A DNA stretch of 64,000 nucleotides from NCBI GenBank assembly GCA_943356745.1, contig CALRFT010000001.1, positions 139,984-203,983 of the forward strand, read 5' to 3'. The position numbers were made by a program, and so were the translations under genes. The notes beneath the pieces were generated by a model, which was not told the origin of the DNA, made no database searches, and saw only the letters and a program-made list of their open reading frames with translations. The stretch is from Parcubacteria group bacterium. Lineage in GTDB: Bacteria > Patescibacteriota > Minisyncoccia > Phycocordibacterales > CSBR16-119. Position 1 is the stretch's first letter. Each line of letters starts with the position of its first letter. Of this stretch, positions 29,179 to 37,256 are shown piece after piece.

Positions 29179-30213
29179 TTACATTCTTGCCTCCAGTCGA
29201 TTAAGGACATCTAAAAATGCTTCTGTTGTCTTTTTTGAAAAATTTCCAATCTCGATAGATTTTCTTATTTTCTTGAAAGATTTTTCCATTTCCTTATATG
29301 TAAACATCTTAGTTCCAGTTTCTTCAAAAAGCGCTTGTAACACTTTGTTATGTTTTGACGAAAAAGATGTTCCATAAAACTTCATAAAAATATTTTTTTG
29401 ATCTTCAGTTGCATGTTTTAAAAAATGATCAGTAAGTAAGGTTTGTTGTCCTTCTCGAATATCATTCATTATTTCTTTTTTAAGAATTTGCTCTGAACCA
29501 AACATATCAAGATAATCATCTTGAACTTGAAATAAAATCCCAATCTGTTCACCTATAGAAAACATTTTTTTCTGTGTATCTTCAGAAACTTTACCAAGCA
29601 AACAACCAATCTGAAATGGTCTCGAAAAAGTATACAACGCTGTTTTATATTTTGTTTTTCTAGTAATTAATTTAGTATCAGCCTGAGGATATGATGCAAG
29701 TTTTACATCAATCATTTGACCAACAATAACCTCATCAAGTAATTGGATTATTTCACTAAAAACATCTTGAGATGCTTTTGATTCAGAGAGCGCCTGGAAA
29801 GCTGCAGCATACAAAAGATCACCCACGAGAATTGCTTGCGAGTTTGAATAGTGAGTTTTGTCACCACGAACAATTTTTTGATTTTTTTCAATAAACCCAT
29901 TTATCGAGGGGACGTCTCTTCGAGTTAAAGCCTTATCAATAACATCATCATGAATCAAGGCCAATGCATGAATAAGCTCAACAGCTATCATAACCAACCA
30001 GTGAGAATCCTGTAGCTTTTTTCCAGATTCTAAAATACCAATGTAAATACTATATGGACGAAGCCTTTTTCCTCCTTGTAAATATAAATCAACATGCTCA
30101 ATAAAAGCTTCGATATCCTTATCTTTTGCAAGCATTTTATAACTCTTTATTTTTTTATGCGTAAAAACAAAAAAACGCTTATCAAATTCTTGGGAAAATT
30201 GTTGTAAATTCAT
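29179..30213 (-). CDS. crtE: Polyprenyl (geranylgeranyl) diphosphate synthase
   Basis: FARM (ALIHDDVIDKA) and SARM (FQVQDDYLDMFG) motifs. Confidence 0.8.
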   Translation of the reverse strand: MNLQQFSQEFDKRFFVFTHKKIKSYKMLAKDKDIEAFIEHVDLYLQGGKRLRPYSIYIGILESGKKLQDSHWLVMIAVELIHALALIHDDVIDKALTRRDVPSINGFIEKNQKIVRGDKTHYSNSQAILVGDLLYAAAFQALSESKASQDVFSEIIQLLDEVIVGQMIDVKLASYPQADTKLITRKTKYKTALYTFSRPFQIGCLLGKVSEDTQKKMFSIGEQIGILFQVQDDYLDMFGSEQILKKEIMNDIREGQQTLLTDHFLKHATEDQKNIFMKFYGTSFSSKHNKVLQALFEETGTKMFTYKEMEKSFKKIRKSIEIGNFSKKTTEAFLDVLNRLEARM

Positions 30214-30236
30214 AATAAGTGAGCTTAGTATACCAC

Positions 30237-30270
30237 AAAAGAAAAGCCTGCATCAAAGCAGGCTTTTCAA
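30237..30270 (-). terminator. Intrinsic terminator upstream of crtE operon, downstream of 111-aa membrane protein gene
   Basis: AAGCCTGC-atcaa-AGCAGGCTT followed by a T-rich run on the minus strand. Confidence 0.5.
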
Positions 30271-30588
30271 GATCCAGGCAACGGTAACAGGAACAAGGAA
30301 CAAAATAAAATTCACCCCAGGAACTCCGTTTTGAGCAGCATTCCAAGATTCACAAGATGCTGGAAATCTTCTTTCTTTAAATGTGCGAGACCAGAAATTA
30401 CCAGCTCTGATAATCCTAATTCCCCACCAGTGTATCCCAGCAGAAACCACACTGAGTAAAAATATTACCCCAACGATTATCTTTATCTCTATTTCAGGCA
30501 TACAAAATATTCTATACCACAAATAGATAAATAGTAAACAAAATACAGTGAGGGTAACCCAGAATCTTTTTTGTGCTTTTGTGTACAT
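30253..30588 (-). CDS. Small membrane protein (111 aa); weak resemblance to lycopene-cyclase-domain proteins
   Basis: Three hydrophobic helices. CMPEIEI resembles the hPhEE motif of CrtYc/d-type cyclase domains (weak). Confidence 0.3.
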   Translation of the reverse strand: MYTKAQKRFWVTLTVFCLLFIYLWYRIFCMPEIEIKIIVGVIFLLSVVSAGIHWWGIRIIRAGNFWSRTFKERRFPASCESWNAAQNGVPGVNFILFLVPVTVAWILKSLL

Positions 30589-30664
30589 GATACTTAATTT
30601 TGTATTACTCTAACCTGTAAAAATAAGTAAGTCAATAAAGTAAAAGTCTATCTCGATTTATAAT

Positions 30665-32140
30665 ATGTTTATGAAAAAAATTGGACTTATATTTCCCCAT
30701 CAACTTTTTAAAAATAATCCCCTGCTCAAAATAGTTGATACTGTATATCTCATAGAAGACTCTTTGTTTTTTGGAGATAAGCATAACCATCTTTCTTTTC
30801 ATAAAATGAAAATAGCTTTTCATAGAGCGACTATGAAAAGCTACGAAGATTTTTTAAAAGAGAAAAATATTTCTGTTGAATATATTTCTTATAAAAAAGA
30901 AATTACTATTCGTGATATTGCAAAGAAATTACAAAGACATCAAATATTTGTGATTGATCCGACAGATTACCTATTGGAAAAAAGAATTCGAGAAAGTTTT
31001 AATTCTCCAACCTTCGTTGAAAATCCTCTTTTTATAAATACCAAAGAAGAAAATCAAAAATTCATCAAAACTCAATCTAAACTTCTCATGTATAATTTTT
31101 ATGTACACCAGAGAAAAAAATTGAATATTTTGATTGACTCAAAGGGAAAACCTACAGGTGGAAAATGGTCATTTGATGAAGATAATCGAAAAAAGATTCC
31201 TCAAAAAGAATATAAAAATATTCCAGAAAAAATTGAATCTCGAACAAATGACTACACAGAAGAAGCTAAAAAATATACAGAAAAAAATTTCAAAAATAAT
31301 CCCGGAAATTTAGAAACTTTTATATATCCAACTAATCATCAAGAAGCTGAGAAATGGTTCAATGACTTTCTTTCAAAACGTTTCGAAAAATTTGGACCAT
31401 ATGAAGATGCAATACTCGAAGATTATTCAATTCTTTACCATTCCCTACTTTCACCACTTCTCAACATTGGACTTCTTGAACCAAAATATATAGTTGAAAA
31501 AGCACTGTTATATGCCCACAAACATAATATCCCCATCAATTCAATTGAAGGTTTTATTAGGCAAATTATTGGCTGGCGAGAATACATGCGTCTTGTATAT
31601 GAACTTCATGGAACACAGATGAGAAAACAAAATATCTGGAAACACAAAAACAAACTACCTCTATCTTTCTACACTGGAGAAACTGGACTTGTGCCTGTTG
31701 ATCAAACCATACAAAAAATAAATAATCTCGCATATTGTCACCACATTGAAAGACTTATGGTTTTAGGAAACAGTATGTTTTTACTTGAAATAGAACCTGA
31801 TGAAGTTTACAAATGGTTCATGGAAATGTTTATTGACGCCTATGACTGGGTAATGGTGCCAAATATTTACGCAATGAGTCAAAATAGCGTTGGAGACTTG
31901 ATCACAACCAAACCCTACATATCTGGCTCAAATTACATCTTGAAAATGAGCGACTTCAAAAAAGATACCTGGTGTGACGTGTGGGATAGTATGTATTGGG
32001 TGTTTGTTTCAAAACACCATACTACTTTAGCTAAAAATTTTCGTATGAACATCATCGCAAAAAAAGCTCAAGATATGGACAATCAAAAGCTAGAGTCCCA
32101 TAAAAAAATACTAAGAGATTTTAAAAAACACATACTATGA
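30665..32140 (+). CDS. Cryptochrome/photolyase-family protein (photolyase-related, COG3046-like)
   Basis: IRQIIGWREYMRLVYE, NNLAYCHHIERLMVLGNSMFL and AYDWVMVPNIYAMSQ are typical of photolyase-related FAD-binding proteins. Confidence 0.7.
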   Translation: MFMKKIGLIFPHQLFKNNPLLKIVDTVYLIEDSLFFGDKHNHLSFHKMKIAFHRATMKSYEDFLKEKNISVEYISYKKEITIRDIAKKLQRHQIFVIDPTDYLLEKRIRESFNSPTFVENPLFINTKEENQKFIKTQSKLLMYNFYVHQRKKLNILIDSKGKPTGGKWSFDEDNRKKIPQKEYKNIPEKIESRTNDYTEEAKKYTEKNFKNNPGNLETFIYPTNHQEAEKWFNDFLSKRFEKFGPYEDAILEDYSILYHSLLSPLLNIGLLEPKYIVEKALLYAHKHNIPINSIEGFIRQIIGWREYMRLVYELHGTQMRKQNIWKHKNKLPLSFYTGETGLVPVDQTIQKINNLAYCHHIERLMVLGNSMFLLEIEPDEVYKWFMEMFIDAYDWVMVPNIYAMSQNSVGDLITTKPYISGSNYILKMSDFKKDTWCDVWDSMYWVFVSKHHTTLAKNFRMNIIAKKAQDMDNQKLESHKKILRDFKKHIL

Positions 32141-32616
32141 GAAAATTATGGAATCATGCCCCTTACCCTATTTGGAGTTTATCAACTTTGAACAATACAG
32201 GCACATGCAACATGAATATATGCAGTTATGTAACTCCAATTTCAATGAAACCAAAAGAATTTATTGTTGGGATATATTACAATACTCAAACCTTTGAAAA
32301 TATTTCAAAAACAAAACATGGACTCCTGCAACTGCTAGCAAAAGACCAAGATCATCTCGTGCGTCAATTGGGTAAGAAAAGTTCTCTCAAGACAAACAAA
32401 ATGAAAAAAATTCTAAAAGAAGAGTCTGTGGGAACACATAATTCTTATACTTATCTACGAGAATGTATTGGATATATCGAACTTGAATTTTATAAAATTA
32501 TAAAAACTTCTGGAGATCATGCGATCGGTATCGCGAGAATGAAAAGTTATAGAAGTTTACAAAACAAGCAGACACTCACATTGCAAGACCTGCAAGAAAA
32601 AAATATAATCTTATGA
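32137..32616 (+). CDS. Flavin-reductase-like (FMN-binding split-barrel) protein
   Basis: [45 protein letters not shown] pattern. ATGA overlap with the upstream photolyase gene. Confidence 0.4.
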   Translation: MRKLWNHAPYPIWSLSTLNNTGTCNMNICSYVTPISMKPKEFIVGIYYNTQTFENISKTKHGLLQLLAKDQDHLVRQLGKKSSLKTNKMKKILKEESVGTHNSYTYLRECIGYIELEFYKIIKTSGDHAIGIARMKSYRSLQNKQTLTLQDLQEKNIIL

Positions 32617-32762
32617 GTAAAGATCCAAGAAAAGAAATCAAGCTATGCAAAACATGCCAAAGACCTTTCCATAATAGAAAAAAATGGGAGTCGAGAGGGT
32701 TGTGGGAAAATATTTTATATTGCAGCGATGCCTGTCGCAATAAGAAAAAAACCAAGCTTTAA
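32613..32762 (+). CDS. DUF2256-like zinc-ribbon small protein (49 aa), not in ORF track
   Basis: [49 protein letters not shown]. Has CxxC..RKKW..YCSxxCR pattern. ATGA overlap with the upstream gene. Confidence 0.55.
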   Translation: MSKDPRKEIKLCKTCQRPFHNRKKWESRGLWENILYCSDACRNKKKTKL

Positions 32763-33340
32763 TCTTGGTTTTTTTCTTGTATTGTTTTATAAAAAATTAT
32801 CTTAGTATAGATATCAAGAATAATGTATCCTATCATTGCATACGTGAGTGGAATAATACCAAACCCCTCTGGAGACAAGAGAAAAATAATGGGAAATACA
32901 GACCATCCAAAGATAATATATGGACGAACACGTTTAAATAATTCTTTATTTCCTGTTGTTAATTTTTGCACCATAACAGCATAAAACAGTGAACCAATCA
33001 CAAACCAGACGATCATAACAATACCTTGTGAAAGTGAAGCAAGTGCGCCTGTTAACATAACAAAGGGAGTAACAAATAAAATAGTACGTGTATTATCTTT
33101 ATTTATTCCAAGATACTGAGCCATAACCCAAGCAAGTAAAGCACAACTCACAGCGTATCCAATCCATCTAATATATGGTGCGGTACCGAGTTGGAGCATG
33201 AGAGTATAAGACACAGTCGTAATAGCACTTACAATAAATGCTGAATTGAATTCTTTTTTTCTCCACCCAAACCAAAATACAATGCTACTAATAAGAAATA
33301 AAACTATCGCAAAAATATTTGCTATAAAAATATTATTCAT
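32759..33340 (-). CDS. Compact seven-helix microbial-rhodopsin-like protein (193 aa) with Lys at the Schiff-base position
   Basis: Seven hydrophobic helices. The helix F/G region [35 protein letters not shown] aligns without gaps to bacteriorhodopsin [35 protein letters not shown]. Helix [16 protein letters not shown] matches KKFYAITTLVPAIAFTMYLSML. Helix C reads RWIGYAVSC. Confidence 0.55.
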   Translation of the reverse strand: MNNIFIANIFAIVLFLISSIVFWFGWRKKEFNSAFIVSAITTVSYTLMLQLGTAPYIRWIGYAVSCALLAWVMAQYLGINKDNTRTILFVTPFVMLTGALASLSQGIVMIVWFVIGSLFYAVMVQKLTTGNKELFKRVRPYIIFGWSVFPIIFLLSPEGFGIIPLTYAMIGYIILDIYTKIIFYKTIQEKNQD

Positions 33341-33361
33341 ACGGTATCAATATATCATATA

Positions 33362-34498
33362 TTAGTGAGCATGAGCACAGCCCTCATGTTTTTCCTTTTC
33401 ACTCAGGGGTTTACCTTTACTATCCTCAAGAAATACAGCGGCGAGAAATGTTGTGAGAGGCACAGACAAAATAAGTCCAATACTTCCGATAATTGTTCTT
33501 ACTATTTCTGTTGCAAAAACCTCACTATTCAAAACAAGTCCAACATCTGAAACACCAAGAGTTGAAACATAAAGTATGAGCGGAAGCCCAACTCCAACAT
33601 ATGCAAGGACAAGAGTATTAACCAAAGCCGAAACATGTTCTTTTCCAACACGAAGCGCCCGAGTAAATACATCCTTTCTGTTTAAATTTGGATTCGCACT
33701 ATACAACTCTCTCACCACAGCAACCTGGGTGATTGAGATATCATCAAGAACTCCGAGAACTCCAATAATAATACTTGCAAGAAGTAGCCCCACAAAATCA
33801 AGTGCAACACCGCTATTAAAATCAAGATAAGTTGCCTCGTGACTACCAAATCCACTCAAATGTGTTCCAGAAACAGCCCAAGAAGCAATTATTCCGGTCA
33901 CAACGACAGTCGCTACTGTTCCAGAAAATGCAATAAGAGAACGTTTATTAAAACCGTGAGTCAGAAAAATTGCAAGCGCCAAAAGAACAGTTGCAATTAT
34001 CACACTCGTCAAAATAGGAGGTGCGCCTTTCAAAAGAAGAGGAACAAGAACGTACACAATAACAAGTATTGAAGTTCCAAGACTTACAAGCGAACGAAGT
34101 CCTTGCCATTTTGCAAATACAAGAATAAGTACAACAAAAGCAAGAACAAGCCAAGTGAGTCCATTCCTTCTATCAAAATCAACTAGACGGTACTCAGGAT
34201 TTTGTCCTTCTTCGAGATATTCTTCGACTAAAAAATTATCTCCCTTTGAAAGACCAAGATAGTCTTGTTCAACGATAATCTCATCTCCTGTAAAATTCCC
34301 TTCTCGTAATACAGCTCTAATGGTTTGCACTATGTAATCTCGACCATTTTGAAATTCAACATCAACAGGAACTTGTTCAACTACTTCAATAACTTCTGCT
34401 TCTATGATCTGAACCGTAGAATTAATTTGGTCGTCACTTTGAGCAAACAAAAAACTTGGGATCAATAGAAAACCAAAAAGAAATAATATTTTTTTCAT
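33362..34498 (-). CDS. YibE/F-like polytopic membrane protein with N-terminal signal peptide and soluble domain
   Basis: Signal peptide, ~100-aa periplasmic domain, then about 8 TM helices. Ends HEGCAHAH. Lies 21 nt upstream of the rhodopsin-like gene. Confidence 0.4.
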   Translation of the reverse strand: MKKILFLFGFLLIPSFLFAQSDDQINSTVQIIEAEVIEVVEQVPVDVEFQNGRDYIVQTIRAVLREGNFTGDEIIVEQDYLGLSKGDNFLVEEYLEEGQNPEYRLVDFDRRNGLTWLVLAFVVLILVFAKWQGLRSLVSLGTSILVIVYVLVPLLLKGAPPILTSVIIATVLLALAIFLTHGFNKRSLIAFSGTVATVVVTGIIASWAVSGTHLSGFGSHEATYLDFNSGVALDFVGLLLASIIIGVLGVLDDISITQVAVVRELYSANPNLNRKDVFTRALRVGKEHVSALVNTLVLAYVGVGLPLILYVSTLGVSDVGLVLNSEVFATEIVRTIIGSIGLILSVPLTTFLAAVFLEDSKGKPLSEKEKHEGCAHAH

Positions 34499-34533
34499 AT
34501 AATGTCATTGTATCAATATTTTTACCTCATGCA

Positions 34534-34558
34534 ATATTTGCAAATGATTTGCAAATAT
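34534..34558. promoter_or_regulatory. 25-bp perfect palindrome (ATATTTGCAAAT-G-ATTTGCAAATAT), candidate Zur/Fur-family operator in divergent promoter
   Basis: Perfect inverted repeat centred on G. Immediately followed by TATACT (34560-34565). Sits between the divergent yibE/F-like and ZIP-zur genes. Confidence 0.45.
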
Positions 34559-35417
34559 GTATACTATGGTGTATATGAATACAAACTTAGCTATTATTAC
34601 AGCACTTGGGATTGCAATACTTTCCTTTTCAGGTGCCTTACTTTCATTCAAAAAGATTAACTCTTGGTTCTCTCAAAAAATTAAATTCCTCACAATATTT
34701 GCTGCCGGTGTTTTCACTATGACATCACTAGGACTCATGAGTGAAACTTTTGAATTTCTTCCAAAAAACACAGCTGTTATTTCTATTCTTGGTGGTTTTA
34801 TTGGGATGCTTATTCTTCATAAAATTCTTCCAGAAACCCACCACCATCACGACAAAGATTGTGAATCTTGCATATCTCCAAAAAGCGGTCCTAAACTTTT
34901 AGTAGGTGATATGATCCACAATATTGCTGACGGTATTGTACTTGTTGCAGCTTTTACCGTTTCAAAAGAAGTAGGTATTATTGCAACATTTAGTATTGCA
35001 ATTCATGAGTTTATTCAAGAAATTTCAGAATATATTGTTCTTCGAAATTCTGGATACTCAATTAAGAAAACACTTATTCTTAATTTCATCTCATCACTTT
35101 CTATTTTTATTGGAGTTATAGTTGGACTTCTTTTGACGCAAGACCCAGAGTTTCAAGCAATACTTTTGGGAATATCTGCGGGAGCATTTCTCCATATTGT
35201 ATTTCACGATCTTATTCCTTATGATTCAATGAGAAAAATAAACAAAAAAGCTTCTTGGAATTATATTGGAGTATTTTTACTCGGAATTACTCTTATGATC
35301 GCTGTCGGTTTCTCAATGCCTCATACACATGAACATGGAGATTCAGAAGATATACACCATCATGAAAATGAAGAGATTTTGTTACTAGAAGAAGACCATA
35401 ATCATTCACATGAATAA
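34557..35417 (+). CDS. ZIP-family zinc transporter (ZupT-like)
   Basis: His-rich loop (HHHHDKD), HNIADGIVLVAAF and AIHEFIQEISEYIVL motifs. The true start is probably 34566 or 34575, since the ORF-track start lies inside the operator. Confidence 0.7.
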   Translation: MYTMVYMNTNLAIITALGIAILSFSGALLSFKKINSWFSQKIKFLTIFAAGVFTMTSLGLMSETFEFLPKNTAVISILGGFIGMLILHKILPETHHHHDKDCESCISPKSGPKLLVGDMIHNIADGIVLVAAFTVSKEVGIIATFSIAIHEFIQEISEYIVLRNSGYSIKKTLILNFISSLSIFIGVIVGLLLTQDPEFQAILLGISAGAFLHIVFHDLIPYDSMRKINKKASWNYIGVFLLGITLMIAVGFSMPHTHEHGDSEDIHHHENEEILLLEEDHNHSHE

Positions 35418-35757
35418 GCTTACAAGTAAAGGTGAATTAATTTTAAAAACCCTTCAGCACATGAAGGGTTTTTGTACTGCACAAGAAATTCATAAAAAAG
35501 TTCCGGAAATTAATCTTACTACTGTATATAGAAACCTTGAAAGATTTTCAGATTCAGGACTAGTACAAAAGATTTCACTTCCCCACCAAGAATTTGCTTA
35601 TGAGTTTAGTGAACACAAACACCATCACACAATTTGTGATTCTTGCAGTAATATCAAACACATTACTCTACCTGCAAAAGTCTTACGAGAAATACCTGAA
35701 CTTTCTCACTTTGACCCTGATTCAATAGAAGTTATTATTCGAGGTAAATGTAAATAA
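35410..35757 (+). CDS. Fur-family transcriptional regulator (likely Zur)
   Basis: HTH (CTAQEIHKKV..NLTTVYRNLERF) and metal site HKHHHTICDSC. Overlaps the ZIP gene stop. Confidence 0.7.
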   Translation: MNKLTSKGELILKTLQHMKGFCTAQEIHKKVPEINLTTVYRNLERFSDSGLVQKISLPHQEFAYEFSEHKHHHTICDSCSNIKHITLPAKVLREIPELSHFDPDSIEVIIRGKCK

Positions 35758-35758
35758 A

Positions 35759-35790
35759 AAACACACCAGACAGGTGTGTTTTTTATTTAT
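35759..35790 (+). terminator. Intrinsic terminator after zur
   Basis: AAAAAACACACCAGACAGGTGTGTTTTTT. Confidence 0.65.
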
Positions 35791-36065
35791 TAGTAGTTGA
35801 AATCTTCATCACTACCAAATCCCATATCATCGTCTCCATTTTCATCGTCTCCTGGAAACCAATCTTCATCCTCGTCATCAATTTCACCATCAAAATCTTC
35901 TTCAGATCCGAAAGCATCTCCTCCGAAATCTTCTTCTTCATCGTCAAAAGAAAAAAGATTTACCGAAGACGTCATATCCACAGATTGATATACAACTTGC
36001 GGAAAGAGTGTTGATAATAGCGTACTAAGCAAATGTGCCATACTATTTTGTAGTTGATTAAACAA
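35790..36065 (-). CDS. Small highly acidic protein, hypothetical
   Basis: D/E-rich 91-aa ORF. Weak support. Confidence 0.25.
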   Translation of the reverse strand: MFNQLQNSMAHLLSTLLSTLFPQVVYQSVDMTSSVNLFSFDDEEEDFGGDAFGSEEDFDGEIDDEDEDWFPGDDENGDDDMGFGSDEDFNY

Positions 36066-36218
36066 CTTGTTATATCTTAAATTACAATAATAATAAAATA
36101 ATCAACTTCATAACCAAGGCAGGATATGAATTACCTGAATTATATTCAGCGTAAAAAATAAAGCAAGAGCAAAAACCCCAAAAATCAAAAATACCCTTTC
36201 GGGTATTTTTGATTGATA

Positions 36219-36476
36219 TTATTCAGTTACAGTTGGTGTTGTTTCAGTTGCTGGAACTTCAACCACTCCTTCTGCTGCTGCGTCAGTCATTGGTGTTTCA
36301 ACCATAACTTCTGCATCAAGTGCTTCAATTGCAGCACCTTGCATATCTTGTGACATTTCTTCTGTCATCATTGTTTCGTCCATTACTGGCGCTACACCGT
36401 CTTTATTCTTTGGAATAAATACAATCGCAAGCACAGCAAGTACGATAACGATAAAGAAAATTACTCCTTTATTCAT
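36219..36476 (-). CDS. Small membrane-anchored protein, hypothetical
   Basis: N-terminal TM helix (VIFFIVIVLAVLAIVFI) and an acidic tail. Terminator at 36186..36212. Confidence 0.35.
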   Translation of the reverse strand: MNKGVIFFIVIVLAVLAIVFIPKNKDGVAPVMDETMMTEEMSQDMQGAAIEALDAEVMVETPMTDAAAEGVVEVPATETTPTVTE

Positions 36477-36574
36477 AGTACTATGTGAAAATAATTAGTA
36501 ATTAATAAGGAAATATAGAATATATCCTTGCCTCTATCATCGTATACTTAAAAATAAAAGTCAACGAGAACTGT

Positions 36575-36844
36575 TTATATTTCAATCTTTTGACAAACTT
36601 TCAATAGTGACAATGTAATCTTTTTCTTGCTCAATACAAAAACCATGTTTCCATGGTTTTTGTATTGAGCAAATAGTTCTTTTTGTTCGAGATTTTTTGG
36701 GTCAAATTTTGCTGATTGTTTTTCTTTTGCCTCATCCCAAACTCTTTTTCGCTCCTCAAAAGAAGATAGAGGTGGAATTGAATTTTGAGCTTCCTGCTGA
36801 GCTTTCTTTACCATTTCTTGATATCTTTTATTTGGATTTTCCAT
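36575..36844 (-). CDS. Hypothetical small protein (3' end contains a 21-bp perfect inverted repeat)
   Basis: 89-aa ORF. Coding status is doubtful at the C-terminus because of the hairpin. Confidence 0.25.
   Translation of the reverse strand: MENPNKRYQEMVKKAQQEAQNSIPPLSSFEERKRVWDEAKEKQSAKFDPKNLEQKELFAQYKNHGNMVFVLSKKKITLSLLKVCQKIEI
36627..36672. repeat. Perfect 21-bp inverted repeat with 4-nt loop (TTGCTCAATACAAAAACCATG tttc CATGGTTTTTGTATTGAGCAA)
   Basis: Read directly from the sequence. Followed on the plus strand by a T-rich stretch. Confidence 0.9.
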
Positions 36845-36862
36845 ATAGAAAAATAAAGTAAT

Positions 36863-37228
36863 CTATTTCTTATAAACCTTATGGTAAGAAATATATGACA
36901 AGACAAGAATAATTGCTGTCACAACTGGAAATAGAGACGTTCCATTAAAACCAAAAACCGTTGTAAGACTAATGAAAGCAAAAATATAATCGAAACCAAA
37001 ACCAGCATATGCCCATTCTTTCACTCGAGCTGGAACTTGAGGAATAATAAGAGCAAGAGCACCAGCCATTTTAAACAGAGCGAGTGTTCCAGCAAAATAT
37101 ACTGGATACCCAAGAGATGTTATGCCCTGAACTGCCATATCTGTATGCGATGTAAGTGCCGGGATCATACCTTCAAAAATAAATAGCAAAGAGGTTGTAA
37201 TCCAGAATAAAATTTTATATTTTTTCAT
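36863..37228 (-). CDS. DoxX-family membrane protein
   Basis: Four-helix small membrane protein with the MIPALTSHTDMAVQGITSLGYPVYFAGTLALFKMAGALALI pattern. Confidence 0.45.
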   Translation of the reverse strand: MKKYKILFWITTSLLFIFEGMIPALTSHTDMAVQGITSLGYPVYFAGTLALFKMAGALALIIPQVPARVKEWAYAGFGFDYIFAFISLTTVFGFNGTSLFPVVTAIILVLSYISYHKVYKK

Positions 37229-37256
37229 ATGTTTTTAGTATATCACGATGTTATAA

